The translations under genes and the position numbers were made by a program. A DNA stretch of 63,905 nucleotides, filler included, from Octopus bimaculoides (Eukaryota), in the NCBI RefSeq assembly GCF_001194135.2. It is 4 parts of 4 records of this genome, joined end to end, with 100 filler letters (N's around TTAATTAATTAA, not from the genome) between each part and the next. Parts side by side here need not be neighbours in the genome. Positions count along the whole stretch, not along the records: positions 36,254 to 47,074 come from NC_068983.1; positions 47,175 to 63,905 come from NC_068996.1; 2 more parts are not named here. One strand, given 5' to 3'. Within the stretch, counting starts at the first letter, position 1, and every line of letters begins with the position of its first letter. The notes under the pieces were generated by a model. That model did no database searches, was not told where the DNA came from, and was given only the letters and a program-made list of their open reading frames with translations. Shown one piece after another: positions 41,430-52,786 of this stretch.

Positions 41430-43970
41430 TGTAGGCAAGTTTGAAGACTGCCTTACAAAAGTAGAAAAAGTTCTAGTCACATTAGAACAACACATAAGTG
41501 TACTTCTTATGGGAGACTTCAATCTGCCCAATGTCATATGGCCCAAGGGCTTTTCTCTCCCAGTAATGACACGATACAAACAAGGACAGGTGAAATCCCT
41601 CTTGAACCTCATCAATACTTTGTACATGGAACAAATAGTACTCCAACCAACCAACCAGTGCATGTAACATACTGAATCTCTGCTTCACAAATAATATGGA
41701 TCTCATCCAGAATGTGAAAGTCACACTGACGCAACTCTCGGATCACAACATGGTAGAGCTGACCATGTACGGACCAAAGGAAACCATGAACATGCAGCCT
41801 ACAAGAAACTCTCAGAATCTTTCCAATTTGAACTTCCATAAGGCAAACTGGAAGCAAATTGAGAAAGAGATCCTCAAACAAAACTGGCCTAAATGTCTCT
41901 CTCCACTGGACATCGACATGAAACTTAAACAATTCATGTCTGTAATGTAAGCCATATGCTACAAATGTATCTCGGAGAGAAAGGCCACTGTACACAAGAA
42001 CAAAATCCTCAGGGAGAGGAAAATTCTCATGAGACGGCATACAAAAGTTTCAAATCGCCTAAACACACAAATTGAAAGCAGTGAAAAGTCCCGCCTGAAA
42101 ATACAACTACTGGAGATTGAAAAAAATCTGCAACTCTCCCATGAAAAAGAAAGAGCAGACAAAGAAGCCTGGGCTATAGACAATATAAAATCTGACCCCA
42201 GAGCTTTCTACAAGTTTGCCAAAGAAACAGCTTCAGTGCACTGCAGGATAGGGCCACTCCTTGAAAAAGATGGTACACTCACAGGAAACCCAAGGAGGAT
42301 AAGTGAAATACTAAATGATCAATTCAAAAGTGTTTTCACTCCACCCCTAGGGCACTTTCAAGTCAGCAATCCAACTGACTTTTTTACCACTGCAGATATA
42401 AAAACAGAGGCAATGATGATCGATTACATCGATATAAAGGAAGACGATGTAATAAGGGCTATAAATGAAATTAACCCAAACTCAGCTACTGGCCCTGATG
42501 GATTCCCAGCAATTTTTCTGAAAGTATGTAAGCGAGTCCTAACAAGACCACTGCAGTCCCTCGTTCAGAGCTTCCTTGTATCTGGCAAACTCCCAAGAAA
42601 ACAGAAGGAGGGTAAAATATGCCCTATTCTTAAAGGAGGTAGCAGAGCGAAGGACAAGAACTACAGACCTATCTCTCTGACATCGCACATCAGCAAGGTT
42701 ATGGAACGAATAGTCGGAAGAAAACTAATCACCTTCCTTGAAGAAAATGACTTGCTGCCCGACACCCAACATAGTTTCTGACCAGGAAGAAGCTGCCTGA
42801 CTCAGCTCTTACAACACTATGACTGGGTGCTGAAACACCTGTTCAACCACTCAGATGTGGAAGTGATGTATCTCGACTTTGCAAAGGCCTTTGATAAAGT
42901 CGATCATGGAATGATATGTCACAAACTGCGTGATCTCGGCATAGTTGGGAAATTGGGAGAATGGCACACACAGAGCCACGATCACAAGTTACGCAGATGA
43001 TACAAAAGTCTCACAGGTAATACAGAACCCTGAAGACACTATGCACCTGCAATGTGAGCTGGATGAAATATACTAGTGTGCTGAAAAGAAAAGCATGCAG
43101 TTTAATGCTGAAAAGTTTCAAGCCTTATGCTATCAGCATGCAAAACTGAATGCAAAACCCATTAAATACACTGGACCTGGAGCGACTGCATTCCCAGAGG
43201 CACAGTCAGTGTGAGACCTAGTCATTTACATGAGTAATAATGCAACTTTTCATGTGCATGTTGCTAAATTGTCAATGAAATGCAGTCGACTGACCGGATG
43301 GATTCTTAGAACAAGAGATCAGGAAACCATGATGGTCCTCTGGAAGAAACTTTTCCTAAGCCACTTTGACTATTGCTCTCAGCTATGGTCACCAACCAGT
43401 GTCATATTAATCTCAGAACTTGAGGCAATCCAATGAAGCTACACAAAGAAGATAACCTCTATGCAGCATATAAGCTATAGGGAAAGACTCAATAGATCAA
43501 GACTATTCCTTAGAGCGTAGATGAGAAAGATATGCCATAATATACATCTGGAAGATCCTCGAAGGAATTGTCCCAAACTTTGGCATCATAAGTTACTCAA
43601 ATACTAGAACTGGGTGCCACTGCATAGTGCCAAGGACTCCAAATTTGCCATCAAGATGTAGGACAAGATACTGCAATAGCCTGGGCTTCAGAGGTCCACA
43701 GCTCTTCAATATGCTCCCGAAGGACCTGATAGACCTGCATGGGGTGGATGAAGGTATCTTGAAAATAAAGCTGGACCTCTTCCTGTCAAGTGTCCCAGAT
43801 GAACCAACTTCATGGCAGGAGGTGCAGATGAGGGTAGCTGCATCAAACTCTATCATGCACCAAATGTCAATTCCTGAAAAGCATTCGTGAAGTAAAATTA
43901 TGTAGCAACACCAAATGGCAGTGCCCCAGCATGGCCACAGCTCATGAGCTGAAACAAGATAAAATGAAAA
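41430..43970 (+). mobile_element. CR1-like LINE ORF2 (APE + RT) with 3' UTR, pseudogenised
   Basis: MGDFNLP and LSDHN (APE motifs); GPDG, NYRPISLTS, LDFAKAFDKVDH and YADDTK (RT motifs); several stops; an internal deletion near 42965; tail ends in AAACAAGATAAAA. Confidence 0.92.
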
Positions 43971-44155
43971 AGAAATATATATATATATATCTATATATAT
44001 ATATATAACAAAAATGTCCGATGAACGGGAACGTGAAACTAAGAGTAACAGTCTTTTGTTATATTTCTGCTGCTTTTAAATAAAGCATATTACTCTACCT
44101 CTGGTATTTGAGTACTCTTTTCCACCTTGTTGCACATTTTATGTGCTTACTCCGG

Positions 44156-44192
<37 letters not shown>

Positions 44193-44792
44193 TAGCAGTA
44201 TAACCTGACCTTGTCCGGGTGTGACTTATTACGCCATCTACGATAAGTCTTGCTAGGTGAAAATCAACTAAAAAAGAAAGTCTTACAACGAAAAAAACCC
44301 TTATGATGTAAATATGTTCATCATTCAAAAGACGATGGAATTAATGGAGAAATTCTAAAGGCTGTTTTGCGTAACATTATTAAGCGTACGTAAATTTCAT
44401 CCGTCTAATTGTCTACAGAAATGCTTGTGCAAAACAACTTTTTGCGCTGCCCTGATTATACATAGTAGGGTAATCCCTTTTCACAGGAGCTTGGACGGCA
44501 ATTTGTGATGAAGCAATTGCTGGCAATCTGTTGGTACACAGTTTTGCCAGAATTCTATCAGATTGGGCAGAAGATGTTGATGCACCATTTTGCATTATGT
44601 TCAAAGTAACTTCTGGAATGTGGTGAATTGCTGTCATTTTAAACCGGTTGTTTTCTTTCCCCACCAAACTCTCTTCATTGGAAGCATAATCTATGTATAT
44701 ATTAAACAGAACAACAAAAGTTATAATAGATGGCAGGGTTGGTACTTTTCACATATCTGTAATTTTTCAGATTAACACCCGCACGATTACCC

Positions 44793-44940
44793 AACCCTAA
44801 TCCTAAACCTAATCCTAACCCTAACATTAACCCTAAACCCTAACCCTAAAACCCTAACCCTAATCCTAAACCTAATCCTAACACTAACCCTAAACCCTAA
44901 CCCTAAAACCCTAACCCTGACCCTAAAACCCTAACCATAA
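44793..44940 (+). repeat. Degenerate (CCCTAA)n telomere-like array inside the Helitron
   Basis: CCCTAA, CCTAAA and CCCTAAAA units read directly. Confidence 0.9.
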
Positions 44941-44961
44941 CAGCCTAGTGAAAATCGTGGT

Positions 44962-45025
44962 ATTTATTTATTTATTTATTTATGTGTTTCAGCCAAGTGG
45001 CTGCGGTCATGCTGGTGCACCACCG
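44962..45025 (-). mobile_element. Extremely 5'-truncated CR1/SINE-type 3' tail with (TAAA)n
   Basis: Reverse complement reads GGTGGTGCACCAGCATGACCGCAGCCACTTGGCTGAAACACATAAATAAATAAA. Confidence 0.7.
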
Positions 45026-46076
45026 TATATCTACAAATCATTGACGAACATGAGTTATATTTTACTGAATGATTGTGTACTTGCATGTGTATGCGTTTGA
45101 GAGAGCGAGAGAGGAAGAGGTAGAGAGAGGGCGAAAAAGGAATAGAGGAAGTTAAAAGTTTTCTTATGAAGGCTTCTCTTCACTGCCTATTACTTCATTA
45201 GAAATCTACGGATGCACTTACGCACATAATAGAGAAAAATGAAACAAATATGGACGACTTGCTCCGAAACACCATCGAGTGGGGAACACTTCTCAAAAAT
45301 AACCTGCAGTTGTTTCCTTCAAAATTCCTATATGCTCGAAATGTACATACATCAAGGTATATTTGTAGAAAATTTCACGAAAAAATATTCATTTTCCTGG
45401 AAGTGAAGAGGAATTTAAGTGGAATTTCCGAAAATTGGCCCCCACCCATCTCCCAAAACACTTTCACCAAAACTTTTTGTATATTCGGAATCTACATAAT
45501 AAATAATATATGCATAGAAAATTTCATTAAAAAAATATTCATTTTTCTGAAAGTTATGACCTTCCAAAGTCAGTGAGTACAACTCTGTAGTTATGCCACA
45601 TTGACGAACGTGAATGATTGTGTTTACTTGCACGTGTATGCATTTGAGAGAGCAAGAGAGGAAGAGGGGGAGATAGTGAAGTGGAGTAATGTGTATGTTG
45701 TTGTCACAGATTACGTATGTGTGGTTGTGTGTGTTTTTACATATCAATGTTATGAAAAATAGGTAAAGAATACTGAGAAGAAAGTTTAATCTATGACGTT
45801 GTATGTATCACTTTCTCTCTCTGTTGAGCGCGTGTGTAAGAACGCTGTTCCAGGTAGAAGGGAAGAAATATAAAAGTTGCTAGAAACAACAGCCAAATCT
45901 CCCTTAAGTCACACAAAGTAAACGGAATTTTTAAAATCTAATTACTGCACTGGAAAGTTCACATCGAGAAAATTCCATTGATGCAAAAATTTTTACGAAA
46001 AAGTGGAAAATGTGGATTTCTATAAACTTTTAAAAAGGCTTCACACAGACACACAACTTCAGCTTTATATATTAAG

Positions 46077-46128
<52 letters not shown>

Positions 46129-46145
46129 TTCATTTTATCTATATC

Positions 46146-47074
46146 ATGCTCCGATGGATGTGTAATGTCAGTGTGCATACTCGACAGAGTGTAAGTATCT
46201 TGAGAGAAAAGTTGAACCTAAGAAGCATCAGTTGTGGTGTGCAAGAGAAACAATTGCGCTGGTATGGTTACATGGCGAGAATGGATGAGGATAGCTGTGT
46301 GAAAAAGTGCAACACCCTAGCGATTGAGGGAACCTGTGGAAGAGGCAGGCCCAGGAAGACGTGGGATGAGGTAGTGAAGCATGACCTCCGAACATTAGAC
46401 CTCATCGAGGCAATGACTTCTAACCAAGACCTTTGGAAATATGCTGTGCGTGAGAAGACCCGGCAAGCCAAGTGAGACCAAAATCCAAGGCCTCTGCCAT
46501 GGGTGTAGCCAGCCCACTTATGCGTACCTTTCCTTCATTGGACACTAAACTCCGCTTGCGTAGACCTGTTGAGGCAAATGCAATCAAAATTGCACTAAAT
46601 TCAATGACTGGCCTCCATGCCAACGTCTCCTTCATTGGGACACTAAACTCGGCTGGCGAAGACCTGTTGCGGCAAGCGAAAGCGAAATCGTGATGGCACC
46701 TGTACCAGTGGAGCGCTAAGAGCACCGTTCGAACGTGATCGTTGTCAGAGCAGCTGTCTGGCTTCTGTACCGGTGGCACGTAAATAGCACCATTTGAGCG
46801 TAATTGTTACCAGCGTCGCTTTCCTGGCACTTGTGCCTGTGACACGAGAAAAGTCATTCGTGCGAGATTGTTGCCGGTCCCGATGGACTGGCTCCTGTGC
46901 TGGTGGCATGTAAAATACACCATTTTGAGCGTGGCCGATCCCAGTACCGCCTGACTGGCCTTTGTGCTGGTGGCACGTAAAAGCACCCACTACACTGTCG
47001 GAGTGGTTGGCGTTAGGAAGGGCATCCAGCTGTAGAAACTTTGCCAAATAAGATTGGAGCCTGATGTAACCATC
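46146..47074 (+). mobile_element. RTE-clade LINE 3' end (C-terminal ORF + 3' UTR), cut by scaffold join
   Basis: MLRWMCNVS...LRWYG...GRGRPRKTWDEVV...W is a typical RTE C-terminus. The UTR has internal GGTGGCACGTAAA repeats. Confidence 0.9.
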
Positions 47075-47174
47075 NNNNNNNNNNNNNNNNNNNNNNNNNN
47101 NNNNNNNNNNNNNNNNNNTTAATTAATTAANNNNNNNNNNNNNNNNNNNNNNNNNNNNNNNNNNNNNNNNNNNN
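47075..47174. other. Artificial scaffold join with TTAATTAATTAA linker
   Basis: Linker at 47119-47130 inside a 100-bp gap. Confidence 0.95.
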
Positions 47175-47303
47175 ATATACATGCTATGTATATATATGTA
47201 GTGTGTATATACATATATATGTGTGTGTGTGTGTGTGGATGTATGTATGTATGTACGTACGTATACGCGCGTGTGAATGTGTGTTTTCTAAATTCTGTTT
47301 CAG

Positions 47304-47354
47304 GTCTTACAAGAAACAACCTGTTTCACAATGCAAACTTTACCATCTTCAAAG
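47304..47354 (+). other. Candidate 51-bp exon, product unknown
   Basis: Strong acceptor TTCTGTTTCAG|G and donor AAG|GTAAGA. All three frames are open; no recognisable motif. Confidence 0.35.
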
Positions 47355-47462
47355 GTAAGAATCATTCTTACCTTTGAAGACGTATCTGTTTACACTGTGA
47401 AACAGGTTGTACCTTTTAAGTTCTGAAACAAAATTAGGAAAAATTACATTTACACACTAATG

Positions 47463-47505
<43 letters not shown>

Positions 47506-48434
47506 TGTGTGTCTTTTATTGACATACGTGCGTACAATATACCCACCTAAATACTTTATATATACTCCTACATACATATCTTGCATATTTTCACTACCCC
47601 ACTGCGCGCGCGCGAGTGTGCGCGTAAGCATTATTCCATCACTCTATCCATTCAATACATCTATCGATAATAGACATACATTTATATGTATATATACATA
47701 CATACATACATGCACATACATGCACATACATAGACACATTCATATGAATACATACACACGCACGAACGCACGCACACACACACACACACACACACATGTA
47801 TATATTACATATTGCATTATTATGTGTAAGCTTCATGACAGACACAGACGACGCCCGGGTATAACTGTAGAAATACCAGGCCATTGTATTTTTCTTTCTT
47901 AATGCAGCTTGCGGCGCAACAACAGAAACTCTAGAAAATAAAATATACCATAAAAAGAGAAAATATTTGTGTGTGTGTGTGTGCTATCTGTGAATGCTTT
48001 TGTGCGTGTGTATGCATGTGGGACGAATAATAAACATGAAAGCGATTAAATCGCTTTTCATTTTTATTTTCCATTCTTATTTTTTTAATGTCAGACTACA
48101 GGTAATCTTGCATCTGATTAATTCACATCTAAATCTTTCATTTCCCGTACGTGCACACACACACACACACACACACACAAAGTGGGGCCGGGGTGGAGAA
48201 ATGGAAGAAGGGGTTTTACATACACACACAAACACATTTACAAATTCTCTTATAGGCGCCACTCCCCCACACTCCATCTCGTCTTTCCTATCCGCCATTT
48301 GTCAAGCAGGTAAAGAGTGTACTGAGAGACTCTTTATGGAATGTTTGTCACAAATTCATAACCTTTATTGTGAAATGCAGATATTTTCTGTATCTAGCTA
48401 TCTTTCAATCTACCTTCCTGTCTTTATATATTCA

Positions 48435-48495
<61 letters not shown>

Positions 48496-48559
48496 GTCTG
48501 TCTTCTGTCTGCCTGTCTGTTTGTCTGTGGGCGTGGGCTAGCGCGCGTGTGTGTATAAT

Positions 48560-48712
48560 TGGCTGTGTGGTAAGAAGCTTTGTTCTCAACCACATGGTTC
48601 GGGGCTCAGTCCCACTGCGTACGACCTTGGGCGAGTGCCTTCTACTATAGCCTCGGGCTGACCAAAGCCTTGTGAGTGGACTTGGTAGACGGAAATTGAA
48701 AGAAGTCCGTCG

Positions 48713-48748
<36 letters not shown>

Positions 48749-48750
48749 CA
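48560..48750 (+). mobile_element. SINE family A, 5' half ending in its microsatellite
   Basis: TGGCTGTGTGGTAAGAAGC...CTTCTACTATAGCCTCGGG...GACGGAAATTGAAAGAAGTCCGTCGTATATAT. Confidence 0.85.
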
Positions 48751-49179
48751 TGTAAGTATATATATGTATATATATATATATATATATTCTTTTTTTACCA
48801 GTTGCTAAGAAATATGAATGATATCGTCTTCCAGACCGTCCGACCGACCGACCATTGGCCCAACTGGCCCACCAGCCAATCAACCAATCAAAAAGCTGAC
48901 CACTTGGTTCTTTGCTAAGTTGCAGGACAATTTTTTGTTACAAACGCTGAAACTCTCTGACTCCTAACACACATTTTCCTGCAAAACATTTTTGGAGCCC
49001 ACTCGTTACCACGGCAGACAAAATTAGTTAGCACATTTCTTCTGGCTTTACGTTCTGAGTTTAACTGACTAGTCCCCGGTCACAAAATTTCATGGGACTA
49101 TAGTAGAAGGATTGTTGTGGTTGTTGTTGTTGTTGTTGTTGTTGTTGCTGCTGCTGCTGCTACCTCTGTTGTTGAGACA

Positions 49180-49570
49180 GTGAGCTAGCAGAACCATTAC
49201 AACGTCAGAAAAACGTTTTGCGGCATTTCTTCCAATTCTTTACAATCTAAGTTCAAATTCTGCCGAGGTCTTTCATCGTTTGCCTTTCATCATTTCGGGG
49301 TCGATAAAATAAGTACCAGTCAAGTACTGGGACGATGCATTCGAGTCACCCTCTTCTCCACAAATTGCTGGTATTGTACCAAAATGTGGGATCATTATTT
49401 ATATTAGTAATGGTTTCTGATATAAGTACAATGTCAGCAATTTTGTCGGGAATTGGATAAGTGTGAATTACATTCACCTTAGCATTCGACTGGTATTTTT
49501 AATTCGACGACCCAAAAAGATGAAAGGTAAAGTTGATCTCGGCGGAACTTGAACTCAGAACACAAAGAGT
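49180..49570. mobile_element. Inverted (tail-to-tail) pair of family C SINEs
   Basis: Plus copy at about 49180-49395. Minus copy at about 49400-49570, continuing at 50636-50700 after a TE insertion. Confidence 0.75.
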
Positions 49571-50635
49571 GGATCTTATCGGTTTGGCTGCCAGCATCAA
49601 TTCTGTTCGAATTGATTTCATATTCAGTGTAATGATACACTTTTATAGGCTAATAAATGACATGAAAGTAATTTTCGCTGTAAATCAATAAATAAAGAGT
49701 TATTAGCAATTATGATTTGAAAATGTTGGTAATTTTAGCCAATCGTAAGCCACAGACACATTCCTGCTTGTTTCGATAGTAAGAGAACTATTTTGTCTCT
49801 CAACGCGCCTGTTGCTATAGTAACAAGCGAATCCAAGCAGTCTTTGAAAAGTCTTTTATCTGCGAGGAAGCACGTGTTGACAAATTTTACGGTGTTCTGT
49901 GTTCTGCGTGATTATGGAAACATTGAAAACAGGAAGGATATTTTATAAATTAAAACCGAAAGTTAAATGTTTCTTTTTGAGGATATTTTGTTCACTCTTA
50001 TTTTCATATATAACTTATAAACATGTACATCTTGTGGAACATTGTCATTTTATAAGATTTTGGTGGCAAATTTTAAAACGGACATAAACAAATTATTTAC
50101 ATGAAAGAAAATTACCGGAGAACTTTCATCTAATTCTTCCTAGTCTTTTTGTTAAAATTTGTAATGTGTTTATCGCATGTAACGTGTTGTTTATCGCATT
50201 TGCATTAAATGCATATTGAATGCTTACATGTTTGTTTACACGTTTCTTTTTGTCATTAAGCATTGAGGTGGTTGTGTTGTATGCTAAGATTTTTTGGATA
50301 AATCTTTTAAATTAACATAAACATTTATTTACATGAAAGAAAATTACCGGAGATATAACAGGTGTTGCTTACAGATATTGACAACACGTGCAATTTTCAG
50401 GATGTTAACGACAAAATGTGCAGTCATGCACAAAATGACAGCTTCCAAATCCTGTTTCCTGGCTGGGTGAACATTATCAAAATTTAAACCTCTATAACTT
50501 TTTAAAAACATTTTTTCTGGAAAAAATGAAATAACTCCAGCAATTCAGTTTGGGCAAGTGTATTATTGTGCCAAATTTTGAAATGTTCGGTAAGCTTCAA
50601 TTTTTGAAATGCTGGCAGCCAAACCGATAAGACCC
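49571..50635. mobile_element. Non-autonomous DNA transposon, 27-bp TIRs, 8-bp TSD (Merlin-like)
   Basis: GGATCTTATCGGTTTGGCTGCCAGCAT at 49571-49597 versus its inverse at 50609-50635 (26/27). Flanks are CAAAGAGT and TAAAGAGT. The element splits a SINE. Confidence 0.85.
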
Positions 50636-51492
50636 TAAAGAGTAGGATAAAATACCGCCAAGGAATCCCCCCCCCCACACTCTGTAACGATTTTGCTCTG
50701 TCATAACTATTAACTAATTAAATTCATTAAGATTTTTGTCTCTTATGAATTACTTTTGTGAAATATGACAGATTTTTTTGCTCTTTTGTTTTTGAGGAAT
50801 TAAAATGTTTATTTTGTCTGACAGTGTATGCTTCTCCTCCCATCTCTCACTCGCTCTTTGTATGTGTACTCAAAACACACACATACACACGTACGCACGC
50901 ACGTATGCACTTACGAGCACACACACACATACATACATACATACATACACACATACATACATACATACATACACACATACATACATACATACATATTCAA
51001 TATAAAATATGAGAAATTTCCTGTAAAATATAAGAGCGTGTAGAAATTGCCTGTTATAGGTAATTTCTTTTACATTTTATACTGAATATGCTGTCCATTG
51101 ACTTTTTTACATGCTAGGCCACTGGTTGTATAACTCTATATAGTTTTGCTACCCTTTATATATACTCAAGTACATACATACATACATACATATATGCATT
51201 GCATGTGTACGTCTGTGTCTTTAGTTAAGACACGGAGACCCACTTACTGAACAATTTATGCAAATGGGCTGGGGAATTGAATTTTCATTATGTATGGTGA
51301 AAATGTTGACTTAAAACACTCACTCGCACGCATACACATACACTAACACACACACACACACACAAACATTCTACATATACAGGGTAAATACTGAAATATT
51401 AATATTGATACAAGCATACATGCGTGTGTGTATGAATGTGTGCGTGTGTGTGTGTGTTTGTGTGCGTATGGAAATATATGCATATATGTGTT

Positions 51493-51546
<54 letters not shown>

Positions 51547-52395
51547 TATACTTATAAATAAATATGTCTATTTCTGTATTCGTATATATATTATACACAC
51601 ATGCATACATTATATATTATACACACATACATTTATACTTGCACACATGCATGCATACACACATACATACATCATACATACCTATATACATACATACACC
51701 ACACACTGTTCGACAGAAGAGAGAAACGTGTAGAACGACTGACAAGTGTCAACTGACAAAAGAACCCTACCTCTCCCGCCGCCTCCCTACGAGTTCCAGC
51801 GACCAAGCCTTACCTACCTACCTATCACATAGCACATGCGTGCCTTCACTGGCAATAACAGCAACTATTGTGCTCCAGGTCTTTGCTTTCTTTATTTTCA
51901 ACACCACCACCACCACCATCGTCGTCGTCGTCGTCGTCGTCGTTTTCGTCATCGTCGTCGTCGTCGTTTTCTTCATCGTCGTCGTCGTCATCATCATCAT
52001 CATCGTCGTCGTCGTCGTCATCTGGTCGACCAGATTTGCATGTTTTTCTAAACATTCAAATCACCTGTAACGTAATGTGACGTGGCCTGCTTGTGTCTAA
52101 TCAGTATGAAGAGAACGAGTTGTCCCAGTTATTTAAGGCCAAAGACTCTGGCAAAATACAAGTTCTCTCTTCCTCCACCACCAATACCGCAACAATAAAA
52201 AAAAGTAACTACAACTAAAACTATAACTCCAAATACTGCTACTCATACAACTACTTACACGAACATCACTGAGACTAATCAGCAACAACAATAACAATAA
52301 CGACAACAACGACAATGATGACATTAGTAAAAACGTGGACAAGAACAACAGCAATATACAGATCAAACGAACAACTAGATGTACTTCGAAATGTC

Positions 52396-52465
52396 TGTCG
52401 CCACTTCAACATGGCTGTTCCGTACAAACTGACGTTGTACAAACAGTCATGTTGAAGCGGCGACA
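52396..52465. other. 70-nt fold-back hairpin
   Basis: TGTCGCCACTTCAACATGGCTGTT pairs with AACAGTCATGTTGAAGCGGCGACA (22/24 Watson-Crick); inner GTACAA/TTGTAC stem with a 7-nt loop. Confidence 0.6.
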
Positions 52466-52571
52466 AATATTACTTCTCAGTATAGTTACTACTTTCATCT
52501 CTTATAGAGATTTTCTAACTAGCTACTTAGATGTACTTCCCTATTCTTGTACCCATTAGATCCCATTCCAG

Positions 52572-52786
52572 ATTTGCACCAACAAAATAAAGCCAGGTCG
52601 GACGTGGGAGCGTGCGTTGTTGCATTCGTCCGCTTGTGATCACGTGGTATGTGGCCGACCAACACGAAACCGTCAACTCCAGCCGGATCCTCAAGGAGAA
52701 AAGAATACCATACACAAGGATCCAATTCGGAATGTTGAGCAACATCACCCAAAAATGTTGGAGCTGGCGCTTCTAAAATCATACAA
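52572..52786 (+). other. Candidate 215-bp exon, unknown and possibly non-coding
   Basis: CCCATTCCAG acceptor and AA|GTAAGA donor. One open frame (ICTNKIKPG...LLKSYK) with no known motif. Confidence 0.25.

Larger units (their letters stand above)
44192..46077 (-). mobile_element. Non-autonomous Helitron with both termini
   Basis: Minus strand: A|TCTTAATATATAAAGCTGAAGTT 5' end at 46077, and an imperfect GC hairpin followed by CTAG|T 3' end at 44192, i.e. an A/T insertion site. No helicase ORF seen. Confidence 0.72.

Noticed and set aside
44413-44667. 84-aa ORF inside the Helitron as a possible Rep/helicase remnant
   Set aside because: No PIF1 or Rep motifs in the minus-strand frames I translated.
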